Assembly: GCA_965226065.1 (NCBI GenBank)
Contig: OZ245332.1
Location: forward strand, 98,206 to 162,205
Length of the DNA stretch: 64,000 nt
Direction: 5' to 3'
Origin: Spirochaetia bacterium
Lineage (GTDB): Bacteria > Spirochaetota > Spirochaetia > WTKD01 > G963693115
Shown in pieces: positions 27,287-37,789 of the stretch; the first letter of the stretch is position 1, and each line of letters opens with the position of its first letter. A program made the translations under genes and the position numbers. Below the pieces are notes generated by a model, which was not told where the DNA came from, did not search any database, and saw nothing but the letters and a program-made list of their open reading frames with translations.

Positions 27287-28537
27287 ATGAAAGAAATTCC
27301 TTTTTCCTCTGATGCAATCAGAGCTTTATGCAAGACCTTTCCTACCCCCGTGTATGTTTACGACGAGCGCGCCATACGCGAAAATGCGAGAGCACTTCTT
27401 CGTGCCTTTGCATGGGCACCCGGTTTTAAAAATTACTTTGCGGTTAAGGCAACACCGACTCCTGCAATATTATCTCTTTTGCACGAAGAAGGTATGGGCT
27501 TTGACTGTAGTTCTTTTAGCGAGCTTGTGCTTGCAGAAAAATTGGCAGTTACAGGTGATGATCTTATGTTCACTTCAAATAACACCCCTGCACAAGATAT
27601 GCAAAAAGCCTTTGACATAAATGCTATTATCAATTTGGATGATATATCACACATAGATTTTTTAGATACGGTATGCGACATGAACCGCATGCATGATCGT
27701 CCTTTGTGCATGCGCTATAACCCCGGATCCTTGAAAACAGGCAATGATATTATAGGAAAACCTGAAGAGGCAAAGTATGGATTTACGCGCAGTGATATTT
27801 TTGAAGGATTTCAAAAGGCACAGCACCTTGGCATAAAGCATTTTGGACTTCATATTATGGTTGTATCAAATGAATTAGATGCGGCGTATTTTGTAGAAAC
27901 CGCTGAATTGATGTTTTCTTTGGCTGTCGAAATAAAACAAAAACTTGGAATATCAGTACAGTTCATAAATCTTGGTGGGGGTATAGGTATTCCTTATGAA
28001 CCTCATCAACAAGCAGTTGATTATCAAAAAATATCCGATGGTATACATCGCGCATATCAGAGCATTCTCATACCTGCAGGACTTGATGGACTTGAAATTA
28101 AAATGGAAAACGGTAGAGCTATTACTGGTCCTTATGGCTATTTATTGAGCAGTGTCATCCACACAAAAAATACGTATAAGCATTATATTGGACTTGATGC
28201 ATGTATGGCAGATTTAATGCGTCCGGGAATGTACGGCGCATATCATCACATTTCAGTTTTGGATAAAGACGAACACCGTACTTTAGAAACCTATGACGTA
28301 GTTGGTAGTTTGTGTGAGAATAACGATAAATTTGCAATTGATAGACAACTTCCTCAGCTACATGTTGGCGATATTATATGTATTCACGATGCAGGTGCTC
28401 ACGGACATGCTATGGGATTTAATTACAATGGCAAGTTGCGTTCTGCAGAGGTACTAGTGCGAGAAAATGGAGATGTGAAACTTATAAGACGGAGTCAAAC
28501 ACTAGACGATTATTTTAGCACGCTTCTATGGAATTAA
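27287..28537 (+). CDS. PLP-dependent decarboxylase, Orn/DAP/Arg decarboxylase family 2 (diaminopimelate decarboxylase-like)
   Basis: N-terminal TPVYVYDE, the FAVKA PLP-lysine region, the GGGIGIPY glycine-rich motif and a C-terminal barrel. Confidence 0.65.
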   Translation: MKEIPFSSDAIRALCKTFPTPVYVYDERAIRENARALLRAFAWAPGFKNYFAVKATPTPAILSLLHEEGMGFDCSSFSELVLAEKLAVTGDDLMFTSNNTPAQDMQKAFDINAIINLDDISHIDFLDTVCDMNRMHDRPLCMRYNPGSLKTGNDIIGKPEEAKYGFTRSDIFEGFQKAQHLGIKHFGLHIMVVSNELDAAYFVETAELMFSLAVEIKQKLGISVQFINLGGGIGIPYEPHQQAVDYQKISDGIHRAYQSILIPAGLDGLEIKMENGRAITGPYGYLLSSVIHTKNTYKHYIGLDACMADLMRPGMYGAYHHISVLDKDEHRTLETYDVVGSLCENNDKFAIDRQLPQLHVGDIICIHDAGAHGHAMGFNYNGKLRSAEVLVRENGDVKLIRRSQTLDDYFSTLLWN

Positions 28538-28724
28538 CATATATATGTATATATTATGTGTGAGAATGTACACAGGACGCAAAAAGTTTCCGTGATTTTA
28601 TCAGGAAAAATTGCTCTCTTGAAGATTTCGCATTGAAAAATCTGCAGAAAAGATGATGTATGTATTGAAGTTTTTCAGAAAATGCACTTGACGTGAATGA
28701 TAAAATAAGAAATGAGGAATATAT

Positions 28725-29369
28725 ATGAATAAAATTTTTCATTGGATAAAAAATCCACTACCATATCGCTTATATAGGCGTAGTGTCGTGTTTACTCTTA
28801 TTGCTCTTACTGCCATTGTTTTTATATTGCAGCGATTAGCACCATCTTTGCAGCGTTTTTTATTTTTAAATTCGGTTTTCGTATTTCAAAAAGGCTATGT
28901 ATGGACATTGGTAACGTATATGTTCTGTCATGCGAATTTTTCACATATTCTTTTCAATATGCTCGGTTTGTATTTTTTTGGCACACCTTTAGAGCGTTCA
29001 TGGGGAAGTAGTGAGTTTTTATTTTTGTACCTTGTTTGTGGCATAGGTGCAGCATTTTGTTCGCTGATAATCTACGTATTGTTTGGGGCATGGGGTGTAT
29101 TTTTACTTGGTGCTTCAGGCGCAGTTTTTGGTGTCATGCTTGCTTTTACCTGCCTATATCCTCATGTACAAATTTATATATTTGGAGTTTTCCCTGTAAC
29201 AGCGCGAGTGCTTATGCTTATTTATATAGCCTTGCAGCTTATATCGCTTCCAGGCGGATTAGGTTCTGGCATCGCATACTTAACACATATCGGAGGCATA
29301 GTCATTGCATGGATATATATGCGAGTGAGGCATTCTATCGATCCGTATAAACGACTGCTCAATAAGTAA
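28725..29369 (+). CDS. Rhomboid-family intramembrane serine protease
   Basis: Multi-TM protein with GASGAVFGVM (GxSG catalytic Ser) and the downstream AYLTHIGG (catalytic His). Confidence 0.75.
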   Translation: MNKIFHWIKNPLPYRLYRRSVVFTLIALTAIVFILQRLAPSLQRFLFLNSVFVFQKGYVWTLVTYMFCHANFSHILFNMLGLYFFGTPLERSWGSSEFLFLYLVCGIGAAFCSLIIYVLFGAWGVFLLGASGAVFGVMLAFTCLYPHVQIYIFGVFPVTARVLMLIYIALQLISLPGGLGSGIAYLTHIGGIVIAWIYMRVRHSIDPYKRLLNK

Positions 29370-29411
29370 TAATGCAATAGAAAAAATATTCCGATATTAT
29401 AGTAATTATCT

Positions 29412-30146
29412 ATGAATAGAAAATATTCAATTTTATTAAGTTCGGTTTTTTTCGTATTCTTTTTTACCTACACAACGGCTTTAGCGGGACATACTCAAAA
29501 TTCGTATAAATCTAAGGTTATTATTTTAGATGGGTGGGCAGAACTTGAATATCCGAACCCACTGCAAGAAATACCTGATCTTTATGATAGAGATAGTCAA
29601 GAGATACAGAAGAAAAAAGTATCACAGGCTTCGCAGCATATACGTGCGATGACCTTTGAAATACTCTCTGGTATGATATATGGATATACTTTTTCCTACA
29701 CGCCTGGCGATAAGGCGAGAACTGTTAAAGAAAAATTCACACTTACTCTTATCGGTTTTGTTTCTTCTGATGACTCTAATTTTTCTGTTGTAACTGCCGA
29801 TGTTCACGATGCATCTTTGTTTGTATTAAGTAGATACAATCTCAGTGACGCACAAATTCGCAGAGTAGATCTTTGGAACAACGCTACTTCATATCCATCG
29901 GATGGCACGGGTACTGCTATAGTTCGTAATTCATTAGTAGATTCAAAAATAGATGCGCTTTATGATGCAATACGCGATGGGGTAAGACGACGACTGAGAT
30001 TACAGCTTGCGAATAAACCGAAAGAAGTAAAAGGTAGCGTGCGTATTTCTAAAAATCCGCTATTTATTCGTAGTGGGCAGTCTTATATTTCAAAAACAAC
30101 TATTGATATTATGGTATCTAATGCTGAACGCTACGATTCGTTTTAG
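29412..30146 (+). CDS. Hypothetical secreted protein
   Basis: N-terminal signal sequence (LLSSVFFVFFFTYTTALA). No recognisable domain. Confidence 0.4.
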   Translation: MNRKYSILLSSVFFVFFFTYTTALAGHTQNSYKSKVIILDGWAELEYPNPLQEIPDLYDRDSQEIQKKKVSQASQHIRAMTFEILSGMIYGYTFSYTPGDKARTVKEKFTLTLIGFVSSDDSNFSVVTADVHDASLFVLSRYNLSDAQIRRVDLWNNATSYPSDGTGTAIVRNSLVDSKIDALYDAIRDGVRRRLRLQLANKPKEVKGSVRISKNPLFIRSGQSYISKTTIDIMVSNAERYDSF

Positions 30147-30192
30147 TACTGCGTCAGTTTATAGTGATGAAGAAAAACACGACTCCCATCTC

Positions 30193-31029
30193 ATGTCGAA
30201 TTCTACTTTGAAATTTACTCACGGACTTATTATAGGAAAATTTATGCTCTTACATAAAGGGCATTGTTTTCTTATAGAAACTGCACTGCTTTTATGTGAG
30301 ACTTTGCATATTTGTTTGTGTTCAAGGAAAGAAGATGTAATAGACGGTGTTCGTCGCTATGAATGGATTAAAGAAACATATGAAAAATACATTGTATCTG
30401 GAAAACTTGTAGTACACCATACGACAAAAGAAATACAAGATGCACATGTCAAAAATACGAATGCTCCACTAATATGGGCACAAGAAATATCTCAGATGAT
30501 ACCTGTTTCTTTTGATGTTATTTTTGCCTCAGAAAATTACGGGTGGAATTTTGCTCAATTTTTAGGTGCACAATTTATACCCATTGACACCCACAGAGAT
30601 ATCGTTTCCGTCTCATCAACTGAAATACAAGAGAATGTGCATGCCTATTGGCATTATATTTCACAGGCTGTACGAAGTGATATGGTAATGGTATTGGGAC
30701 TTAAGGGGTCAAAAGAAAAGGTACAACGCTTTACAAAAAATATTGGTGCGACTATGTATGTTGCGTATTGTATGCGTGAAAATAGCAAGAAAATACCTTC
30801 TGCTGATATAAGCATTATTTCTGCTGCGCAGTTAACCATTATGCGGCGTATGAGTAAGCCTGTTATTTGTATTCTCTTACCTGATACAAATACTGAACAA
30901 TGCTATGAATTTCATCAGTGCGAACGTGTGTTCACTATAAGATCTGAATATGATTTACAAAATGCAGAGAAAGATGCGAAAGTTTTGTTGAAACAATACT
31001 GTTTTTCTTCTCGTTGCGTGAAGAGGTAA
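30193..31029 (+). CDS. Cytidylyltransferase-superfamily protein (NadD/NadR-like nucleotidyltransferase with C-terminal extension)
   Basis: HGLIIGKFMLLHKGH (GxFxxxHxGH motif) and IVSVSSTEIQ (ISSTxIR-like motif). The ORF-track start at 30073 overlaps the upstream gene, so the ATG at 30193 is proposed. Confidence 0.45.
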   Translation: MSNSTLKFTHGLIIGKFMLLHKGHCFLIETALLLCETLHICLCSRKEDVIDGVRRYEWIKETYEKYIVSGKLVVHHTTKEIQDAHVKNTNAPLIWAQEISQMIPVSFDVIFASENYGWNFAQFLGAQFIPIDTHRDIVSVSSTEIQENVHAYWHYISQAVRSDMVMVLGLKGSKEKVQRFTKNIGATMYVAYCMRENSKKIPSADISIISAAQLTIMRRMSKPVICILLPDTNTEQCYEFHQCERVFTIRSEYDLQNAEKDAKVLLKQYCFSSRCVKR

Positions 31030-31030
31030 T

Positions 31031-32062
31031 GTGTACTTTTTAAAAAATGTTTTTTCTCACTTACGCGTATTTGTGTATGTAGTGAGTATAAGTGTATTGG
31101 TTCTTGTACACACTTATACCTCTGGTATAAAAATATCTGATACACAAGAAGATATGTTTACACCGTATAGAAATATTACCTTTAACAAAAGGTCAATACA
31201 AGATTTACAAGAAAAGTTTGTGTTACTCGATAGTGTGTTACTTCAGTATGGGACTCTTGAGAGAGAGCAAATACTTTCTATACTTATGGCATATTTCGAT
31301 ATCATATCTGACTTTGCTTACAAAAAGAACAGCGCGGCATTTTTCATACATACGGTGTGGATATACTATGATGAGGGACGAATGACAAGTGAAAAGTATC
31401 TTGGAAAGATTGATTATCAAAGTATTTTTTATTCTTATTCTCTTTCTCCACTTACCAAAGCTGAATCTCCGACAGAAATACTTCAACATACAAGACCTTC
31501 TGATTTTTATCAAGCACTTCTGAATGTATCGTGTTGCACGCGTAGTGCATCGCACAACAAGGAATTTAGCACCGAAGTAGCGCATGCGACTCGAGAACAT
31601 TCGTTTTTGAATAAAACGGTGCGTATTCATCCTATGGCAGGCAAGGCACTTGAAGCTGTCGATGCAGATTTATATAAACTACGACAGTATGATAGAAGCA
31701 TATATTCATTTTTTTCAAAAATTAAAGATGCATTTGGATATGCAAATAAAACCGTGCTTCGAACGCGAAACTCAAGCATCAGTATGCATGCATTGGGCTT
31801 AGCGGTAGATATTATTCCTTATAGTTATGAAGGAAAACAAGTATATTGGGTGTGGACGCGCAATAATTATCCGAGTAGATGGAAGGATATTCCGCTTGAA
31901 AAACGATGGAGTATCCCGCATGCTATAGTGGAAGTTTTTCAAAAACATGGTTTTATTTGGGGTGGTAAATGGAATAACTTTGATACTATTCACTTTGAAT
32001 ATAGACCTGAGTTATTGTTGTATGCACGCATGCGTAATGCGCGAGAACATTTTAATAACTGA
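31031..32062 (+). CDS. M15-family (VanY/D-Ala-D-Ala carboxypeptidase-like) metallopeptidase with N-terminal membrane anchor
   Basis: SMHALGLAVDI (HxxGxAxD) and the C-terminal GGKWNNFDTIHFEY (DxxH). Confidence 0.6.
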   Translation: MYFLKNVFSHLRVFVYVVSISVLVLVHTYTSGIKISDTQEDMFTPYRNITFNKRSIQDLQEKFVLLDSVLLQYGTLEREQILSILMAYFDIISDFAYKKNSAAFFIHTVWIYYDEGRMTSEKYLGKIDYQSIFYSYSLSPLTKAESPTEILQHTRPSDFYQALLNVSCCTRSASHNKEFSTEVAHATREHSFLNKTVRIHPMAGKALEAVDADLYKLRQYDRSIYSFFSKIKDAFGYANKTVLRTRNSSISMHALGLAVDIIPYSYEGKQVYWVWTRNNYPSRWKDIPLEKRWSIPHAIVEVFQKHGFIWGGKWNNFDTIHFEYRPELLLYARMRNAREHFNN

Positions 32063-32102
32063 TGAATGCGGGCTTCCACATTAGAGCTGTGTTTCGTTAT
32101 TG

Positions 32103-33002
32103 TTATGCGGTATTAAAAGAGTCTTTTTGAAATTTACACACTTCTTTAGCAACTTCGGTTTCAATAGTACAATGTTCAAAAGAGTATGGATCTAGTGTTT
32201 TTTTGATGCTGTTTTTAACCTTGAGAATTTCTTCAACAGTATCTACTACATCCAGCTTTACGTGTGAGGTAAAAACATGCTTCTCTCCATCTAAAGACCA
32301 TATGTGTGTATGATGTATTGACACGACGTTTTTTATCGCCAATATTTTTTTCTCAATGTCGTCATATGATATATCATGTGGTTTTCCTTGTAAAAACACA
32401 AACAGAACTTCTCGTAGATTTTTAATAGCGTTCCACAAAATGTATATCGTAATAAGCAAGGAAAGTGCTGGATCAAGATAATGGATATCTTGAAATTGTA
32501 ATATGATAGCAACTATTACTATGGCGAACCAACCTAATACATCTTCTATGAGATGCCACGATATCACTCGTTCGTTGAGTGTTTTGCCACGACTTACTTT
32601 TAATGCCGCATAGCCATTGATTATTACCCCTATGATGGCAAAAATAAGCATGCCTTGTGCATTAGAATGCTCAGGTTCTATGATTCGTCCTATCGCTTCT
32701 TTTATAACGTAGAGCGAACCAGCAATAAGCACGGCACTATTAATAAGTGCGCCTAACAGTGAAAATCGTCTATATCCAAAAGAGAATTTTGCATTAGCAC
32801 CTTGCTGTGATTTTTTGCTTAAGAACCATGAGGTACCTAATGATAGGCTATCACCTAAGTCATGTATTGCATCTGAAATGATGGCGATGCTATTGAGGTA
32901 AAGCCCGCCGAAAAGCTCAAAAATAGTAAAGGCAAGATTTATGAAAAAAGCATATTTGATATTTTTTGTAGAATTTTCAGATCTGTGATGGTGATGCGGC
33001 AT
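32103..33002 (-). CDS. Cation diffusion facilitator (CDF) family metal efflux transporter
   Basis: His-rich N-terminus (MPHHHHR), 6 TM helices, HDLGDSLSL and HLIEDVLGW motifs, C-terminal cytoplasmic domain. Confidence 0.85.
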   Translation of the reverse strand: MPHHHHRSENSTKNIKYAFFINLAFTIFELFGGLYLNSIAIISDAIHDLGDSLSLGTSWFLSKKSQQGANAKFSFGYRRFSLLGALINSAVLIAGSLYVIKEAIGRIIEPEHSNAQGMLIFAIIGVIINGYAALKVSRGKTLNERVISWHLIEDVLGWFAIVIVAIILQFQDIHYLDPALSLLITIYILWNAIKNLREVLFVFLQGKPHDISYDDIEKKILAIKNVVSIHHTHIWSLDGEKHVFTSHVKLDVVDTVEEILKVKNSIKKTLDPYSFEHCTIETEVAKEVCKFQKDSFNTA

Positions 33003-33066
33003 ACTCGATAGTTTCCTGTATTTATAAAATTACCATGTCATCGTTTAGAGGGTATTGAGAGAACTC

Positions 33067-35265
33067 TTAAGTATTTTTCACGATGCTTTTTGCTCGCATA
33101 AAATTTTGTACTATCGCAATCGTACAGAATATTGTACCAATAATTACTACATATGGTCCTGACCATACGAGGATAATTCCTCCAACAGTTAAAAGTATAG
33201 CTTCAGTGCGTTTTAGATTGGTAAACAGATATCCTATATATGCCGTAGAAAGTGAAATAATGCATACGATACCACTTGAGAGTGCAAGCAGAAATTCCGT
33301 CCACGTAAAGTTTATGAAAAGTAGACTTGGAGCGTAGACAAACATGAAAGGCACCAGTGCTTTACCCATCGATAGTCCAAATGCAGTAATTCCTGTACGC
33401 ATGGCATCAGATCCCGCGATGCCTGCACCTGCATATGCAGCGAGTGCAACAGGTGGTGTTACATCCGCAAGTACACCATAGTAAAAAACGAAGAAGTGTG
33501 TTACTAAAAGTGGCACTCCTAAATCTTGCAGAGATGGTGCTGCAATAGATGCGAGTATGATATATGTCGGAGTCGTGGGGATGCCTGCACCCATTAGAAC
33601 ACAGGCTATAAAAACTATAATAAGTGCGAGAAACAAGGTGATGCTTTGCTCTTGAATAAAGCCAAAAGGATCAAGACTTGAAATGAACACGCCTACTTTG
33701 CTGCTTAAGGAGATAACCGCACCTGAAAGCTTAAAGCCCATGCCCGTAAGTGTTGTCGTACCTAAGATAAATCCAACGCATGCACAAGATGCGGTAATAG
33801 CGAGGGAGCTTTTTGCTCCTTCTTCAAAGCCTGCGAAGAGCTTTTTGGGTGTCAGAACAGTTTCTTCTTTGAGTTTGATAAACGGAAAGATACGTCCTGC
33901 AAGAGGAAAATACGATACTACAATAGTGCTTATAATTCCCCAGAATGCTGCAAAGAAAGGGCTAAATTTCATCAGTAGCAAACTTACCATAATACCGACA
34001 GGAATAAACAAATGCCATGACGTTGAGAGTATTTCCCTTAATTTTGGCAAGGTACGCATATCCTCGCCTGCAATACCAAGCCGCTTTGCTTCAAAATGTA
34101 CCATGATTAACGCCGATAAATAGTGAAACGATGCAGGTAAAATTGCCAGCAGGATGATTTCGTTGTACGGTATATCCAGCAATTCTGTCATTACAAAGGC
34201 AGCCGCTCCCATGATAGGGGGCGTTATTTGTCCACCTGTAGATGCAGAAGCTTCGACGCCTGCAGCGAATTCGGGAGTAAAGCCTTTCTTCTTCATCATG
34301 GGGATGGTGAATGCACCTGTTGTTACCGTGTTTGCAATTGAAGATCCTGATATCATACCTAAAAGCCCCGAAGAAACAACCGAGATTTTTGCAGAGCCGC
34401 CTGCATAACGTCCCGCCACGATGTTAGAAAGATTGATGAACAACTGTCCAAGCCCGGTGTGTTGCGCTAAAATTCCAAAAAGCACAAAATGAAACACATA
34501 AGTTGCAACAACGCCTGTCGCAATACCGTAAATTCCCTCAGTTCCTAAATACACATGTGAGATGATACGCCCGATGTTGTATCCACGATGCGAAAATATT
34601 CCGGGCATATAAGGTCCCCAAAAAGCATATAACAAGCTAATCATACCGATGATGGCAAGAGCGTTTCCCATGGTTCTGCGCGTGGCTTCTATGACTACCA
34701 TAATTGCTAAAACTCCCATCATCAAATCTGTCGGATGCGCATCTCCAGGACGTATAATGAACAGCTCTTTGAAAAATACCAATAGATATAACGATATTGC
34801 GATGCCTATGCACATTAAAGGATAGTCAAAAAACGATGGAGTGTTCGTATCTTCTTTGAAGGCTTTTATAGGTAAACTTGAAACTGCGGTAAGAATTAAG
34901 ACTACCCAAAAGCTTAGTATGTATGTTGTGCTTGTTTCGGTGCCTATGATGCTCATAAGGTTGATACCCATGTAGAAGTAGAAAGCCACATACAATACGG
35001 CGAAAATGTAATCTTTTTTCTTATTGCTGGTATAACTTTTTCGTGGAAATACTAAAAACGTGAGTCCAAGTACAAAGCTTAGGTGTATCGCACGATGAGA
35101 AATTTCATTGAGCACTCCAAAGCCTGCGGTGTATACATGAAAAATGCTTAATATTATGCCAAAAAATGCAACGGCAAGTCCTACAATACCTACTAAATTT
35201 CTGTAGTTATTTTCTGCGTCGTATTTTTTAATAATTTTTTCTACTGTTTCTTGTGTGATTTCCAT
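33067..35265 (-). CDS. TRAP transporter fused permease (TAXI-TRAP large/small fusion)
   Basis: 732-aa polytopic protein with DctM-like repeats. Sits in an operon with a TAXI receptor and DUF1850. Confidence 0.8.
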   Translation of the reverse strand: MEITQETVEKIIKKYDAENNYRNLVGIVGLAVAFFGIILSIFHVYTAGFGVLNEISHRAIHLSFVLGLTFLVFPRKSYTSNKKKDYIFAVLYVAFYFYMGINLMSIIGTETSTTYILSFWVVLILTAVSSLPIKAFKEDTNTPSFFDYPLMCIGIAISLYLLVFFKELFIIRPGDAHPTDLMMGVLAIMVVIEATRRTMGNALAIIGMISLLYAFWGPYMPGIFSHRGYNIGRIISHVYLGTEGIYGIATGVVATYVFHFVLFGILAQHTGLGQLFINLSNIVAGRYAGGSAKISVVSSGLLGMISGSSIANTVTTGAFTIPMMKKKGFTPEFAAGVEASASTGGQITPPIMGAAAFVMTELLDIPYNEIILLAILPASFHYLSALIMVHFEAKRLGIAGEDMRTLPKLREILSTSWHLFIPVGIMVSLLLMKFSPFFAAFWGIISTIVVSYFPLAGRIFPFIKLKEETVLTPKKLFAGFEEGAKSSLAITASCACVGFILGTTTLTGMGFKLSGAVISLSSKVGVFISSLDPFGFIQEQSITLFLALIIVFIACVLMGAGIPTTPTYIILASIAAPSLQDLGVPLLVTHFFVFYYGVLADVTPPVALAAYAGAGIAGSDAMRTGITAFGLSMGKALVPFMFVYAPSLLFINFTWTEFLLALSSGIVCIISLSTAYIGYLFTNLKRTEAILLTVGGIILVWSGPYVVIIGTIFCTIAIVQNFMRAKSIVKNT

Positions 35266-35310
35266 TTTTTATCCTTGTCTAAATGTACTATGAAACACAT
35301 TTCTTTGTGT

Positions 35311-35793
35311 TTATTCTGCAATAAATAACAATGATTTTCCATCGTATTTTCCTAGCGAATAGGCTACTCCATCTATAAGTAATGTAGTTTTATATTTCAT
35401 TGATACTCGCACGACTAGGGGGGCTATCTTGCGGTTCATGTGCACAATAAATGCATCGTCTTTTTCTTCCCACCTTTCAAAGGCATTCTCATTTTGTTGT
35501 GAAGGTAGTCCATAACCATGAGTGAGAAATTGTTCTTGTGTTTGTATTATGTGTGTATCTTGTATACGATAGGTACTAAGAACAGGGGTAAGAGTCACGG
35601 AGTGTAGGAAACTAAGTGAAAATTTTTTATCAGATGCTAAAGTCCATTGCATTACTTTTTGTTTTTTTTCACCTTTAAATAAATATGCATGTAAGGTAAT
35701 ATGCTTTTTTATAAAAAAAGAAGCGATGATAGCATCGCTTCTTTTTACTGTTGATAACATCAATATGCATAAAAGCACACGAAACGCTTGCAT
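35311..35793 (-). CDS. DUF1850-like protein (commonly encoded between TAXI receptor and TRAP permease)
   Basis: Position and size (160 aa, N-terminal hydrophobic segment). Assigned by synteny, not by motif. Confidence 0.45.
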   Translation of the reverse strand: MQAFRVLLCILMLSTVKRSDAIIASFFIKKHITLHAYLFKGEKKQKVMQWTLASDKKFSLSFLHSVTLTPVLSTYRIQDTHIIQTQEQFLTHGYGLPSQQNENAFERWEEKDDAFIVHMNRKIAPLVVRVSMKYKTTLLIDGVAYSLGKYDGKSLLFIAE

Positions 35794-35805
35794 ACACGTA
35801 TTGCG

Positions 35806-36780
35806 TTATTCTACTACTATGCCTTTTTCTTCAAAGTAGCGTCTTGCTCCCGGATGTAACGGAATAGAAATAGATTCTAAGGCAGTTTCTAAAGATATTT
35901 CTTTTCCTTTAGGATGCACTTTGCCCAAGGTTTCTGTATTTTCGTAGAGTGTCTTTACGACTTGATATGCAAGCTCTTCATCTAACTCGTCATGTGTTGC
36001 CCATATAGCGCGTACTGCCAATGTTTCTGTTGGAGTATCTTGTCCTTTGTATGTGTTTGGAGCTATGGTAAACATGATGAAATAAGGATTATCAACTAGC
36101 ATGTCATTTATTTTTTCACCGTATAACGGAATAAATTTAATATCATGTCCGTTTGCTAATTCGGTTATAGATGCTGTCGGTGTACCGGCTATGATTAAAG
36201 ATGCCATTAAATTGCCATCTTTTAATTTTCCTACAGATTGAGAGAATGAAGAAAAATCTTCTTGAATGTCTTTTTCTCTATCCATGTTATATACCCTTAG
36301 AAGTTCTCCTAACAATGTCCATCCTCCTGAGCCCGGTGAACCAGAAGAAATAGATTTACCTTTTAAGTCTTCAAAAGAATTTATATCAGATTTCTTTAAC
36401 GTAACGATATGGACAACTTCGGGATACAATGATCCTAGTGCACGAAGTTTTGTAAGAGCACCGTCTTCAAATTGCGAAGCACCACGATATGCATTATCCA
36501 AAGTATCGGCTTGTATAAATGCAGATTCAATTTCTACATTTTGCAGTAATTTTGAATTTGCTACAGAAGCATTTCCTGTTTCTGCTGTTGCAGATATTTC
36601 TTTTCCATTTACCTGTGTTTGATTAGAAATTATTTGTGCAAGCATTCCTCCTAATGGATAATACGTTCCGCCAGTACCACCGGTAGCAATGCCAAAGAAT
36701 TCTTTGCTTTTTTGCGGAGGACATCCGAGTAACAGTAAAAAGATTGCAAAACAAGAAATTATGGTTAAAATTTTTTTCAT
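35806..36780 (-). CDS. TAXI-family TRAP transporter solute-binding lipoprotein
   Basis: Lipobox LLLGCPP and the GIATGGTGGTYYPLGGMLAQI motif typical of TAXI receptors. Confidence 0.8.
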   Translation of the reverse strand: MKKILTIISCFAIFLLLLGCPPQKSKEFFGIATGGTGGTYYPLGGMLAQIISNQTQVNGKEISATAETGNASVANSKLLQNVEIESAFIQADTLDNAYRGASQFEDGALTKLRALGSLYPEVVHIVTLKKSDINSFEDLKGKSISSGSPGSGGWTLLGELLRVYNMDREKDIQEDFSSFSQSVGKLKDGNLMASLIIAGTPTASITELANGHDIKFIPLYGEKINDMLVDNPYFIMFTIAPNTYKGQDTPTETLAVRAIWATHDELDEELAYQVVKTLYENTETLGKVHPKGKEISLETALESISIPLHPGARRYFEEKGIVVE

Positions 36781-36867
36781 ATTTTTCTCCCTAACAATTT
36801 AGATTTGACATTTATTATATACCATGTAACCGTAAAAATTCAAGTTTAAATTTTAAACTTAAAAAGT

Positions 36868-37659
36868 TCATCTATCTTGATTGATGTGTAAAAATTCGCC
36901 AGAGTATACCCGCATGACTCCACAGGTCTCACAATGAAATTGAAGACTCGCATCTTCGTTAAGGCACACAACTTTTCCTTGATGTATCTCTTTTCCTATC
37001 GCAAGTGTAATTGTTTTTTTCTGCATGTACCACCGTTTTTCAATTTCATGACGTATTGTCGTAAAATTTTCTTTTTGCAATTCGTATAAGTATTTGCTCA
37101 TCATGTGTAATACTTGTGCGAGTATTTTTTCTTTTGAATATTCTGTACCGTGTTCTATAAAAATAGAAGTCGCGGGCTGCGTGATTATGCAAAGATCTTT
37201 TTCCGTGCTGTTAACATTGAGTCCGATGCCAATGATAAGCATTGGTTCTTTTTCGTGCAAATGGTTTATTCTACTATGCTTTACACAAAGAATACCACAT
37301 ATTTTTTTACCGCGAACTAACACATCGTTTGGCCATTTAATACGGGGAGATATTTTCAAATCCTCAATGCTTTTTGTAATTGCAAGTGCGGTAGTTTGCG
37401 TAACGATGTTCCAGAATTTTTTCGCAATATTGTGTAGTGGTATAAGAAGCGAGAAGCTTAAGTCTTTTTTCGGCATAGTATGCCATGCTCGTCCATATTT
37501 TCCGTGACCGCTTGTTTGTTGCTGCGCTACTATACAGGTAAAAGGTCGGTAGTTCTGTGAATGCTGTATAAGATATGTATTTGTCGAATCGAGGCTTGTA
37601 AAATTAGTGATGTACCATGTATGATGTTGTGTTATCAGTATTTTAGATGATTCTTTCAT
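36868..37659 (-). CDS. birA: Biotin--[acetyl-CoA-carboxylase] ligase (group I BirA, no HTH)
   Basis: LDSTNTYL (BirA STNQYL motif) and GHGKYGRAWHT (GRGRxGRxW biotin-binding loop). Confidence 0.65.
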   Translation of the reverse strand: MKESSKILITQHHTWYITNFTSLDSTNTYLIQHSQNYRPFTCIVAQQQTSGHGKYGRAWHTMPKKDLSFSLLIPLHNIAKKFWNIVTQTTALAITKSIEDLKISPRIKWPNDVLVRGKKICGILCVKHSRINHLHEKEPMLIIGIGLNVNSTEKDLCIITQPATSIFIEHGTEYSKEKILAQVLHMMSKYLYELQKENFTTIRHEIEKRWYMQKKTITLAIGKEIHQGKVVCLNEDASLQFHCETCGVMRVYSGEFLHINQDR

Positions 37660-37789
37660 CGTAAAAATTCATTACTCTTACTATCATCATATCATGACAC
37701 ATGTGAAGTATTGTAAAAATCATATTCTTTGTTGATATTGCAGAAATTGACAACGACGATTACATCAATTTATACTTTGAATAGACAAT